From Raja brachyura (lineage: Eukaryota), in NCBI GenBank assembly GCA_963514005.1, contig OY740821.1, positions 13,454,001 to 13,518,000 of the forward strand: a stretch of DNA of 64,000 nucleotides. The letters run 5' to 3'. The number at the start of each line of letters is the position of its first letter. Position 1 is the first letter of the stretch. The notes beneath the pieces were generated by a model. It was not told where the DNA came from. It ran no database searches and was given only the letters and a program-made list of their open reading frames with translations. The translations under genes and the position numbers were made by a program. This document shows, one piece after another, positions 13,203 to 23,555 of this stretch.

Positions 13203-13714
13203 GTACGGCAGCGCTTTCCTTGATATCTAGAAAGTTGCAGGTTTTTATTTTATTTTTTATTTTAATGTTGCAGTGGCTTTTAAAAATAAATTTATTGCAA
13301 ATGCCCAGTAGGTCAGTTAGCAACCCACGGAGATGGGTTTAAGCCTTTGTCAGAATCCTTCATCAGAACTGCCTGTGTCACATAACCAGAGTATCCACTT
13401 ATTTCAAGGACTTTGAAATTTATATCAATGGGTAACAGGTGGAGGAATTGTATTTTAAACAAATTATATGAGGAATGATTTTTATATCCGCAAAGCCTTT
13501 AATAGGCATAGATGTAGACTTTGTGCTCGCTGTTTGAGCAATGGGATTCAAGTTTGGATATTGCTTTGCTGAAATGTGAGCTAACAACCTGGTTGCTAAG
13601 CAGTACCATGATTGTGCCACTTTCCTGGGCTGTGAGGATGAATGTAAAGAATTCTACCATGAGCAAAATCCCATGCTGAAGTTTATTTTTAGAAGCCATT
13701 TCTCTAGCTGCTGG

Positions 13715-13900
13715 TGGACACAAAAAGCTGGAATAACTCAGAGGGACAGGCCGCATCTCTGGAGAGAAGGAATGGGTGACGTTTCGGGTCGAGCCCCTTC
13801 AGACTGATGTCAGGGGAGTGGGAAGGACAAAATTAGAACGTGGTCGGAGACAGTAAGACTGGTGGGAGAACTGGGAGGGGATAGAGGGGGAAAGCAAGGG
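13715..13900 (-). repeat. Penelope-like terminal repeat copy
   Basis: gacacaaaaagctggaataactcag...gtgacgtttcgggtcgagccccttcagactga. Confidence 0.7.
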
Positions 13901-14022
13901 CTCTAGCTGCTGGTATTTTCGGGATAGGCCTTGTTCAAATGAAGTTTTGTGGTTTTTGTGGTACTTTTTGAAACCTCCCCCACACCTTAATAAGTGCATC
14001 TCCCTGACCTTCCTCAAACCAG

Positions 14023-14110
14023 ATCACATTGGGTCGAGCCACAAAAGATAATCAGATTGATGTTGACCTTTCTTTAGAGGGACCAGCATGGAAAATCTCC
14101 AGAAGGCAAG
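14023..14110 (+). CDS. MCRS1: MCRS1 coding exon (FHA domain start)
   Basis: ITLGRATKDNQIDVDLSLEGPAWKISRRQ(G), with the FHA GR and SR motifs; CAG acceptor, GTAACA donor. Confidence 0.96.
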
Positions 14111-14793
14111 GTAACAGTTTTATTTTTGATTTGTTCCTTCATTTAAAATGACGTTTGGACAGGTACATGGATAGGAAAGGTTCAGAGGGATGTGGGCCAA
14201 ACTGAGGCATGTGAGACTAGTGTAGATGGGGCACCTTGGTTAGCATGGGCAAGCTGGGCTGCAGGGCCTGTTTCCGTGCTGTATGACTCTGTGACTCCTG
14301 ACTTTAGTTTACCATTCCTGTTGTTAGGAAACTTGGGGGTGGGCCTGTATGTTTTTTTTTTTTAAACTGTTACTAAATGTTGCATGACAAGAGCAGCCAG
14401 CTTTTGGGCATGATTCCTTGTTTACTCCATTCTCCTTAACTCTGGTTATTAACTGGGATTACATTGGGAACAAGGTAGCCAAGAATTGGAAACGGGTTGC
14501 TCATGTCTTACACTGAATGATTGTTTAATGATTGTCACACAATAGAATCCTCCAGCTCTAGTACCTGCGATTGGATGGAGTTGATTCTCTTCTGTTACAG
14601 GTATCTAGATTATTCTGGATAAACTGTCCCCAACTAGTGTTTGGAGAAGGAAACTATAAAGCAAACTGCAATAGACAGGAGTCCAGAGACGCTGTAATTA
14701 ATGCTGGAGTTGTTATCTCTTGTCCAACAGTTCAAAATCAAATAGCTGAGGTAAAATATTTGCTTTTCAAATAAATTACATTTGTCCTTAAAG

Positions 14794-14921
14794 GTATAAT
14801 AAAGCTGAAGAACGATGGAGACTTCTTCATTGCCAATGAAGGTCGACGTCCCATCTACATCGATGGCAGGCCAGTTCTGAGTGGAAATAAATGGAAATTA
14901 AATAACAACTCTGTCGTTGAA
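14794..14921 (+). CDS. MCRS1: MCRS1 coding exon (FHA domain)
   Basis: IIKLKNDGDFFIANEGRRPIYIDGRPVLSGNKWKLNNNSVVE; AAG acceptor, GTAAGT donor. Confidence 0.96.
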
Positions 14922-15044
14922 GTAAGTGTTATGTCGAAGAGTTGAATCATCTTGCGCTTGGCAAATATTCACTGTGATGAAGATGACATTACATAAAGTT
15001 TGTACTTTTAAGAGAATACATTCAATTAAATCACCGATCACATA

Positions 15045-15298
15045 GAGTGGCATGGTGGCGCAGCGGTCGAGTTGCTGCCTTACAGTGCCAGAGACCCGGG
15101 TTTGATCCTGACTACGGGCGCTGTCTGTGCGGAGTTTATACGTTCTCCCTGTGACATGCGTGGGTTTTCTCCGAGATCTTCGGTTTCCTCCCAAAATCTC
15201 CAAAGATCTACAGGTTGTAAAAAATTGTCCCTAGTGTGTGTGGGGTAGTGTTGATGTGTGGAGATCGCTGGTCGGTCTGGACTCTCTAAACTAATCTA
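15045..15298 (+). mobile_element. tRNA-derived V-SINE (HE1-like)
   Basis: A box TGGCGCAGCGG, B-box-like GGTTTGATCC, V-domain gttctccc..gcgtgggtttt, CTAAA tail. Confidence 0.8.
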
Positions 15299-15564
15299 AG
15301 CATTTCTGTCTATATAAAATGAAACATTGAAGATTGGAAGAGAATATGGATATTTCAGAAGATGTAGTTTGCTTGGCTTTTTCAAAAGATTTGATGAAGT
15401 GAGGTGAGTTGAGCCTAATGGAACAAAGAGTAGTTTGTGAGCTCCTTTGTCGAGGTGTTTATAAACCAAGAATCCTCTCTTGGAATGAGTAGAGGTAGCT
15501 GGTGTCTGTAGCTATTCATGGCAGAGAATCTAATGCAATAATTTTTAGTCCACACAAGTCTAGA

Positions 15565-15875
15565 GGGGCGGCACGGTGGCGCAGCGGTAGAGTTGCTGCC
15601 TTACAGCACCAGAGACCTGGGTTCGATCCTGACTACAGGTGCCAACCTGTACGGAGTTTGTACGGTCTCCCCGTGACCGTGTGGGTTTTCACCGGGAGCT
15701 CCAGTTTCCTCCCACACTCCAAAGACGTACAGGTTTGTAGGTTAATTGGCTTGGTATAATTCTAAATTGTCCCTAGTGTATGTAGGATAGTGTTAGTGTG
15801 CGGGTTTTGCTGGTCGGCATGAACACGGTGGGCTGAAGGGCCTGTTTCCACGCTGTATCTTTAAACTAAACTAAA
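15565..15875 (+). mobile_element. tRNA-derived V-SINE (HE1-like), near full length
   Basis: A and B boxes (TGGCGCAGCGG, GGTTCGATCC), V-domain, CR1-like 3' tail gggctgaagggcctgtttcc, (CTAAA)n. Confidence 0.85.
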
Positions 15876-16037
15876 ATCGGTCAACACAAGCAGGTAATGG
15901 CTACAAAGGAGGTTGGTTATTTTGCAAGGTTTTTCAAGCAAATGTGTACATGGTAGGTTGACTAAGAGTTTTTAGCATAAATTTATGACAAAAGATGCAT
16001 GACATTAATATTTTTTTTCTGTTTTCTTCCTTTGTAG

Positions 16038-16124
16038 ATTGCTGGACTTCGTTTTGTGTTTTTAATTAACCAGGATCTGATTGCGCTGATCAGGGCTGAA
16101 GCTGCCAAGATGAACCAGCAGTGA
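16038..16124 (+). CDS. MCRS1: MCRS1 last coding exon
   Basis: IAGLRFVFLINQDLIALIRAEAAKMNQQ* (TGA at 16122-16124); matches the MCRS1 C-terminus. Confidence 0.96.
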   Translation: MAGLRFVFLINQDLIALIRAEAAKMNQQ

Positions 16125-16604
16125 GTGGAGGTTCCTAGTCTCTGAGCAAACATTGGCTGAAATAAAGATGAGTGCACTCTTGTCGCTGTCCTGGATATGT
16201 AAGCCTTCTGTTATTTGGACTATTGTATCTAATTTTACCAAGATTAAAAACTCGGGACCAGAGCTATCTGCTTTTACTGACGTGCGTTTGTCATAAGACA
16301 CCAAATGGAAGGTACTGTTTTACCCTGCATGAGGACAACCAAATTAAAAGTGGAATATAGGCAAGAGAAAAGATGGCACGAGCCATTTTTGCAATTGCAG
16401 ATGACTCGCCTGGAAAATGACTCCAGCTACAGTTCTTTGCTTTCCAGAAATCTCTTCGTCATGATTTTCTGTACATTTTTCATGACCATTATTTAATAGA
16501 ATTATACCATGGAATACTGGTAGTGTAATCTGAGCACAATCTCTTGCTTGCGTTGTCAACATGTTACATTTTCACTTTTTGGAAGGTTGTGGAAAACCTT
16601 TTTG

Positions 16605-16610
16605 AATAAA
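16605..16610 (+). terminator. Probable MCRS1 polyadenylation signal
   Basis: AATAAA about 480 nt after the stop, followed by a T/GT-rich tract; a proximal AATAAA also occurs at 16161-16166. Confidence 0.6.
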
Positions 16611-16771
16611 CTTAGTGTTTTTATTTAAACTTTTCTGTGTTCGGCACTCCTTTCCATTTCAAAATAAGATGTCGACTAAATATAAATCTGCTAAAAACAG
16701 TGACATTAATTCATTGGTTGTGATGTTTTTCCATTACTACCCACATTGTCCCCAAAGAATTTAAACACTTC

Positions 16772-16897
16772 GGTCTGAAAGGATCTCAACCCAAAACGTC
16801 ACCCATTCCTTCTCTCCGCAGATGCTGCCTGTCCCGCTGAGTTACTCCAACATTTTGTGTCTACCTTCGATTTAAACCAGCATCTGCAGTTCTTTCC
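16772..16897 (+). repeat. Penelope-like terminal repeat copy with a flanking direct repeat
   Basis: taaacacttc at 16762-16771 and 16898-16907 flanks the copy. Confidence 0.7.
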
Positions 16898-18368
16898 TAA
16901 ACACTTCTTGTTCGAGATCTGATTTGTACTGATAAGTTTGACACATAGCAAAATAGCTTAATAATCTCCTGGGGTCCTGCATTTGAGTTTTGGGAATGTC
17001 GGAGATGGAGACAATTTAACCAGAGATTAGTTTGTCTTGGCACAGTCAGATGCAGGGCTGATAAAGATGCAGAAGATGTGCAGTTTGGTAAGTTAATTGG
17101 CTACTGTAAATGATCCCAAGCAGAGAGGTGGCAGGAGAGTTCCAGGTGAGAGAGAATAAGTTACTGGCAGATAAGTGGGGAAATGGGATTGATGGGAATG
17201 TTCTAAGAGCCGGCGTAGGGAATTGTAGGGAAAAACGAACACTGTTTTTGAAAATATGGCAGAAACCTGGTGCACGTTGAGGTCCACTTGTGTGACTGAA
17301 CTGGAATCATTTTGTTAAAATGGTGCCTGATCTGAACAGAGGGGTTAAATAGGGGCGTGTTTACATGTGATAATGTAAGTGAAATAATGATCTATTGATA
17401 ATGATTTATTAAATAATTGATTAAAATAAAAACTAAGCATGTAAAAACATTGCTGATATTTTTAATGTTCTAGCCAGTACAGTAACCTCCAGTTGTCCTG
17501 AAATTTAATTACTTTCCTGGCACATGTTCGGCACTTTGCCTTTTAATTTTAGCCACCGACAAATATATGTTAGAAAAGAAAATGTGCTGTTGATAGTTTC
17601 TGATCTCGACAAACTGAAAATGGACACCTTATTAGGGTAGGTTAATTAAGAGAGAGGCTCATTTCAAAACAGAAATGTATGTGTTTCTTTGAAGGACAAA
17701 AATAATTGCATTGTGTGATTTTGCTTCCCAAAACTTGCTTCTGCAGGAAGATTGATTGGATCAAGCTAAGCAACTGGGTTCTAGAATGTTGCAAGGATTA
17801 GAAATGTGTAGATATACATGGCTTAATTTTTTGTACAAGAACCTCTAGACAAGAACCTCTCGCCTCTAAATTTTTTTAATTTCTCTGGTTAGATTGGAAG
17901 AAAATTTGCTTTAGCAGTCATGTGAAACAAAGTAACTTTCAAGAGAGAAGCCAATAAAAGTATTTTAATTTAAAATATTCACTCTTCCAAAAAAAGTACG
18001 GGATAGAACAGCTGGTGGCTATCTGTTTCGGAATTGCCAGTGGCTTCCTGCTGTGTCGTACATCTATTTAAATAACCATTTCTTTGTTCTAAATTTTCTG
18101 AAGACATTGCTTACAGGGTTTAATATTTTGTAGATTGTAGGGACATAGACTTGCCCTAAAGGTATTGATTAATGCAATTCTCCGTCAAATTTACTTGGAG
18201 GGCAAATCTTTGCCATGAATAAACTTTACAAACAATGAATGAATGAATGAATCATAATCAACACTAAAATAAATAAGGTACAGAGAGAGAAACATGTAAT
18301 GTTGCAGAAATATGAAATGTGTGGAAACATGTTTGTTCTAAGTACAAAAATATATCCCCTTTCTCATG

Positions 18369-18670
18369 TTTAGTTTAGAGATACAGTACGGAAACAGGCA
18401 CTTCGGCCCACCGGGTCCGCATCCCGTCCGATCCCCATACATTAACACTATTTTACACACACTAGGGACGATTTACATTTATACCAGGCCAATTAACCTA
18501 CAAACCTGTATGTCTTTGGAGCGGGGGAGGAAACCGAAGATCTCGGAGAAAACCCACGCAGGTCACGGGGTGAAAGTACAAACAGCACCCGTACTCGGAA
18601 TTGAACCCAGGTCTCCGGCGCTGTAAGGCAGCAACTCTACTGCTGCGCAAACATGCTGCCCTGTGCCACC
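18369..18670 (-). mobile_element. tRNA-derived V-SINE
   Basis: Reverse complement of the 15565 family. Confidence 0.8.
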
Positions 18671-18767
18671 ATGTTATCTTAACATTCCCTGCAGATATAA
18701 CTGGCAAGAAGAGTCCTGTAGGTCAGTGACATTTTTCTGCTGCATTTATTTAGATTGAGTTAGGTCA

Positions 18768-19151
18768 GGGGGAGTTCCGCCCATGTAATCCCGTGCTACC
18801 TGTTCCATGGTCGGATAGTCGGCGACTAAACCGTCTCCCCCACCTGGTTTGCCAGGTGAGGAGGGGGCTGTGGACCCCCAGCAGGAGCAGAAACAAAACC
18901 TGGCAAAGGGCGGATGAGCTTCTTGCGAGCCAACGGCCATCCACACTTTAGTAGAAGTTGCGATCACTTTCATACATGGCATTGTAAGGATTGATGATAA
19001 AGCACACGCGCACCAAAATCCTATACTTCCAGCGGCGGAAGTCGGCAGGAACTGGAGGACGGAGATGTGCGGTGCGTCCTTCTCCGTTCCCGTTGGAAAC
19101 CAGCACCACTGCGTTGCTAATGCTTGCAACAATGATGAATGAATGAATGAA
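18768..19151 (+). mobile_element. CpG-rich, structured non-autonomous retroposon with a (GAAT)n tail, possibly RTE-derived
   Basis: Abrupt GC/CpG-rich block of about 380 bp, multiple hairpins, ends in GAATGAATGAATGAA. Confidence 0.55.
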
Positions 19152-19849
19152 ATAGTTATTCCCCTGGAAGAAACAATTAAGTCTAATTTTGTTTTAAATA
19201 AGGACTTGTTGGGTGAAAGCTGCTCTTGGCTTGATTCGTTGCTGAATATCTTAGCATTTCCCATCTCTGCCCTGATTTAGCATCTTCATTTACCTGCTCT
19301 CTCCTCCAATTACTGTCTACTTCAGTTTCTCTGGAGAGACAAATGACAAGGCTTCCCAGCACTTAATGTCAATACGTTTGGTGTGGAATAAATTAGTGAA
19401 AAGGATTGCTAAATCCTAGTTTTATAGATTTTCTTCAAGTGGGGTATGCATGCTGATGACAAGATTTTGAGTGAAGACTTGGTCTTGTCAAGGCAAATCT
19501 ATAATTCGTTGATATGATGTAGAATATTTTGTGTGGGAATGACTGAACTGAAATTGCGGTGTGTCACTGCAGGTCCTCTGAATATTTTTTCTTTCTTGGG
19601 ATCAATAACGTTCAGCATTGATTTCTGATGCAACTGAGGCCTGTCCTTGAGCAGTTCCACTGGCAAATGATACCAGCTGTCAAGTGACTACTGGTTCAGC
19701 GATTGAAAGGGCCGATAGTGTATGTGGAAACAGATGTTGGCCAACACCTTGTCTAAAACACGAATAGAAACTGAAACTAGAGGGGGAAAAAAAGAGAAAA
19801 GGAAACCCATTTAAAAAATGAAACTGACTATTGAACTATTGCCAATTCT

Positions 19850-20165
19850 CCAACACCTCCTTGATTCTCCCTGTGAAAGAACCATGGTCCCACCACTGAA
19901 CATTAGGCCTTTGATAATCATGGACTTCCTTTCCTCTGGGGATCATCATCCCACAATCTCATACAACTCACTCCTATATCCTCCGCAAAATCCACAAGCA
20001 GTCCACAAAATCCATCGACACTTCTTTTCCATACCCACATCGTCTGAGAGCCCTTCGCTGCTTCCTTAAACAGACCAACTAGTGCATTTCACCGCCACAT
20101 ATGAGCTTGTTCTCACATTGACTAACTCTTCACTCCACTCACTTCCTCCAAGTCAAATGTGTAAC
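19850..20165 (+). mobile_element. Penelope-like element reverse transcriptase fossil
   Basis: Frameshifted remnants KIHK, SIP, ELVLTL and STHFLQVKCV resemble the PLE RT stretch ELVLTLNNFSF..HFLQ.KGVAMG. Confidence 0.6.
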
Positions 20166-20967
20166 TCGAGATCTGTTCTGCTTTTGCTTTCAAGACAAGT
20201 CAAGAGAGTTTGTCATGTGTCCCAGATAGGACAATGAAAATCTTGCTTGCTGCACCGCAACAGAGTATTGTAAACAAAAATACAGTTCAGTTCAATATAC
20301 ACATAAATAAGCAGAGGAAGTTCCAGGATTTAGACCCAGCCACAGTGAAGTGATGCTGGTATCTTGAGCAAAACACAAAGTGCTGGTGTAACTCGGCGGG
20401 TCAGGCAACATCCGTGGAGGAAATGGACAGGCAACGTTTTCTTCCGAGGAAGAAGGGTCCTGACCTGAATTGTCACTTTAAGATTTTGATGTTGGAATTT
20501 TGTGTGGCTTATAGAAGAACCTGCAGGTGGTGCTGTTCCTTGTTATAGCCCTCAGGACTTGATGTTGAATTCAACAAATTCAGACCACCAGCTTTCCAAG
20601 ATCTGATGAAATGTCATCAACCTGAAATGTTAACTGTTCTTCTCTGCACTCGTACTGCCTGATCTGCTGAGTAGATTCACCATTTTCCGTTTTTATTTTG
20701 GGCAAAGTCATGCTGCTTTCTGTGATTGAATAGGCGATCGGCACTGTTGAGGCTCGGATTAATATGGACGAGGTATCGCCTGACCCAGTGCCTATGGGTC
20801 CTGATTAGAACAAGCTCAAATTAAGTTCTACACAGCTGCCATATCTTGTAGTGAATAGTGATAGACCATTGAACAGTTAACAGGACATGGAGTGAGGAGG
20901 GTGGGGCCAGCAAGTGAACAATTTGTATGTTCAGCCAGAATGACTGAGTAGAAGGTCAGAGTCGGCT

Positions 20968-21840
20968 ATACAGCATGGAAATGGGCCCTTTGGCCCAACT
21001 CATCTCTGCTGACCACATTGCCTAAATTAGCTAGACTCACTTGCCTGTGCCTAACCCACATCCCTCCAAACCTATCCGTGTACCTGTCTAAATGCCTTGG
21101 AAATATTGTTATTGTAGCCAACTCTACCACTGCGCCTGGCAGCTTGTTCCATACACACACCATGCGTGTGTGGTGAAAAAAAAAATCCCCTCGGATCTCT
21201 TTTAAATGTGTTTCATCTCTCACCACCAACTTGTGCCTTCCATATTTAGGCTCCCTTACTGAGTAAAAGACTGTATCCATGCCCCTCATGATTTTATACA
21301 CCCATGTCAGATCACCCCTTAGCCATCTACTCTCCAGGGAAAAAAGACCCAGCCTATCCTTGCAGCTCAAACCTCCAAATCTTTTTAGCATCCTTTCCAT
21401 TGAAATGACACCTTTCCTGTTGCAGGGCAGCCAGAACTGGGTACAGTACTCCAAATTGGCCACATCTATGTTTTTTACACCTGCAACATGACACCCTAAC
21501 CCTTGTACTCAACACCCTGACTGATGAAGGCAAGCATCCCGAATGCCACCCTTGCCACCTTGTTTACTTGTGTTGTCACTTTCATGGGACTATGTATCTT
21601 CAACCCTGAGGTGTCTCTGTTCTACAACAATCCCCAGAGGCTGACCAGAGACTGTGCACTTACTGTCCTAGTTTGTCTTACCAAAAGGCAAAGCCTCTCA
21701 TTTACCAGAATTAAACTCCATTTGCCATTCCTCGCCCCATTGATTAGAAATCTTGGATAATGTTCTTCACTGTCCACTATACTAACAATATTAGTGTCAC
21801 CTGCAAACTTACTAATCCTGATTCACATCCAAATTGTTGA
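20968..21840 (-). mobile_element. CR1 LINE 3' fragment (degraded)
   Basis: LEYCTQFW...LGLFSLESRWLRGDLTWVYKIMRG...WNKLP. Confidence 0.85.
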
Positions 21841-22020
21841 AATGAATAAAGATTTATTCTCCCAATACCTATGGGTCCTTATTATAATGGGCTCAAATGA
21901 AGTTCCACAGTGTTGCTACATTATCCTCATGAGATCCCTGCCATCACAGAGCTAACTTCCTTCAGTCCGTGTGAAAGCAGGGAATGGATGGCAGTACTGT
22001 CCCACCAGAGTTGGCATTTA

Positions 22021-22309
22021 GGGCAACACGATGGCGCAGCGGTAGAGTTGCTGCCTTCCAGCGCGAGATACCCGGGTTCGATCCTGACAATGGTTGCTGT
22101 CTGTACGTAGTTTGTACGTTCTCCATGTGAGTGTGGGTTTTCTCTGGGTGCTCTGGTTTCCCCCCACATCCCAAGATGTTTAGGTTTGTAGGTTAATTAG
22201 CTTGGTATAAATTTAAAATTGTCCCTAGTCTATGTAGGACAGTGTAAGTGTGTGAGGATCGGTGGGCCGAAGGGCCTGTTTCTGTGCTGTATCTTTAAAC
22301 TAAACTAAA
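22021..22309 (+). mobile_element. tRNA-derived V-SINE
   Basis: Same family: A and B boxes and (CTAAA)n tail. Confidence 0.8.
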
Positions 22310-22856
22310 CACCGGGCACAGCAAAGGCCGTGGAACCAGTTAGCTGTCGTAGTGAAAATCTGCACTGCAGAGCTAGCTGTGCCTCTAGTCAAACTGTGCC
22401 AATAGTTTTGCTAGATCTCTGCCTTGGCCCAACAATGGACCAAAGGGCTGAATTGCAGAGGTGAGAGTGACTGCCCTTGACAGCAAGGCACTCGGTAAAA
22501 CTGAAGTCAAAGGGGCAAACATTCACGGTTGGGGGAAAAAAAGATTGTGGATGGGAGAGGGCAATCATTCGCAACCACTGGGCATCTGAGGCTCCTCGGG
22601 GTAGTATCCTCGGCCTAACTATCGTCATCTGCATCTGCTTCATCAAATACCTTCCTTCCACCCAAATAGCAAAAGTGCAGATGTTTCCTGAAAGTTGCAC
22701 AATGCACAACGTGAGTACAACTCCTCAGCTAATGAAGCATGACTAAACCTGCTCTGTAGAAATAAACGTAATACTTCCCAGAAGCCAGAACATTTTCACA
22801 CAGAGGGTGGTGGGTGTATGGAACGAGCTGCCGGAGAAGGTAGTTGAGGCTGGGTC

Positions 22857-22996
22857 TTCTTCTTTCGTGTGGCGTGCACAGCCTAAAGTTGTTGGACAAC
22901 TTGTTCTATTTGATCTTCCGTTTGTGCACGTCGAGTTGATTGCATTAGTCGAAACAGGGCGGATTGCAACCTGTGAAGGTTGCAATCTTCCACCCC
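22857..22996 (-). mobile_element. 140-bp non-autonomous retroposon (Ingi/Vingi-like SINE) with a 5' HDV-like ribozyme
   Basis: Inserted in a CR1 fragment; TSD gaggctgggtc (22846-22856) / gaggcagggtc (22999-23009); 3' end CACGCCACACG-AAAGAAGAA; 5' end folds as an HDV-type pseudoknot. The clade assignment is inference. Confidence 0.75.
22938..22996 (-). ncRNA. HDV/CPEB3-like self-cleaving ribozyme motif (this copy probably disrupted)
   Basis: GGGGTGG AA GATTGCA ACC TTCACA GGT [TGCAAT] CCGCCCT G TTTCGA CTAA TGCAATC = P1 (G1.U wobble), P2, P3, L3, catalytic C in J4/2. Confidence 0.75.
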
Positions 22997-23134
22997 AAGA
23001 GGCAGGGTCGATCACAACGTTTGAGAAACATTTAGGCAGGTGTAGTGATGGGACAGGTTGAGAGGGATATGGGCCGAACGCAGGCAGGTGGGACTAGATG
23101 GGCTGAAGAGCCTGTTTCCACGCTGTATGACTGA

Positions 23135-23555
23135 CCGTCGTTATTCGCGATTTACACATATATTAATACAGCGCGTCCCCAACTTCTGCCACCGCGGGCG
23201 ATTACCTCAGTGATAAGCGGGTTAATGGCTTATTAACCGGTGGTGGGCGAGGCACAACTTGCAGCCACATGACTGCAGTCTGGCAGCAAAAGGGTCTCGA
23301 CCCGAAACGGCCACCCATTCCTTCTCTCCAGAGATGCTGCCAGTCCCGCCGAGATACTGCAGCGTTTCGTGTCTACCTGCCGCTTGTAGAGCCGCCTTTC
23401 TCCAGGGAGAGCTGGTGTGTTGGTTGTGAAGGCGACGGCGCCTGGGGAGGGGAGTCCCGCGAGTGGGCGGCGCGCGTGAGCTCGTGGCCGGCGGGGTGGG
23501 CGGTTGGAAATGGAACGTTGCCCGGTGGTTCGCACCTGCAGCAAACACTCCGCTT
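23135..23555. promoter_or_regulatory. CpG-island-like segment with GC boxes
   Basis: Dense CpG/GC against a CpG-depleted background; GGGCGG at 23465-23470 and 23498-23503. Confidence 0.6.

Noticed and set aside
14601-14750. 150-nt cassette exon in MCRS1
   Set aside because: The following intron would be only 43 nt and the entry phase gives an immediate stop; kept only as an alternative acceptor.
15565-15635. tRNA gene
   Set aside because: The A and B boxes belong to the head of a V-SINE present in at least seven copies here.
18746-19264. 172-aa ORF on -
   Set aside because: Antisense reading through a GC-rich retroposon; no recognisable protein.
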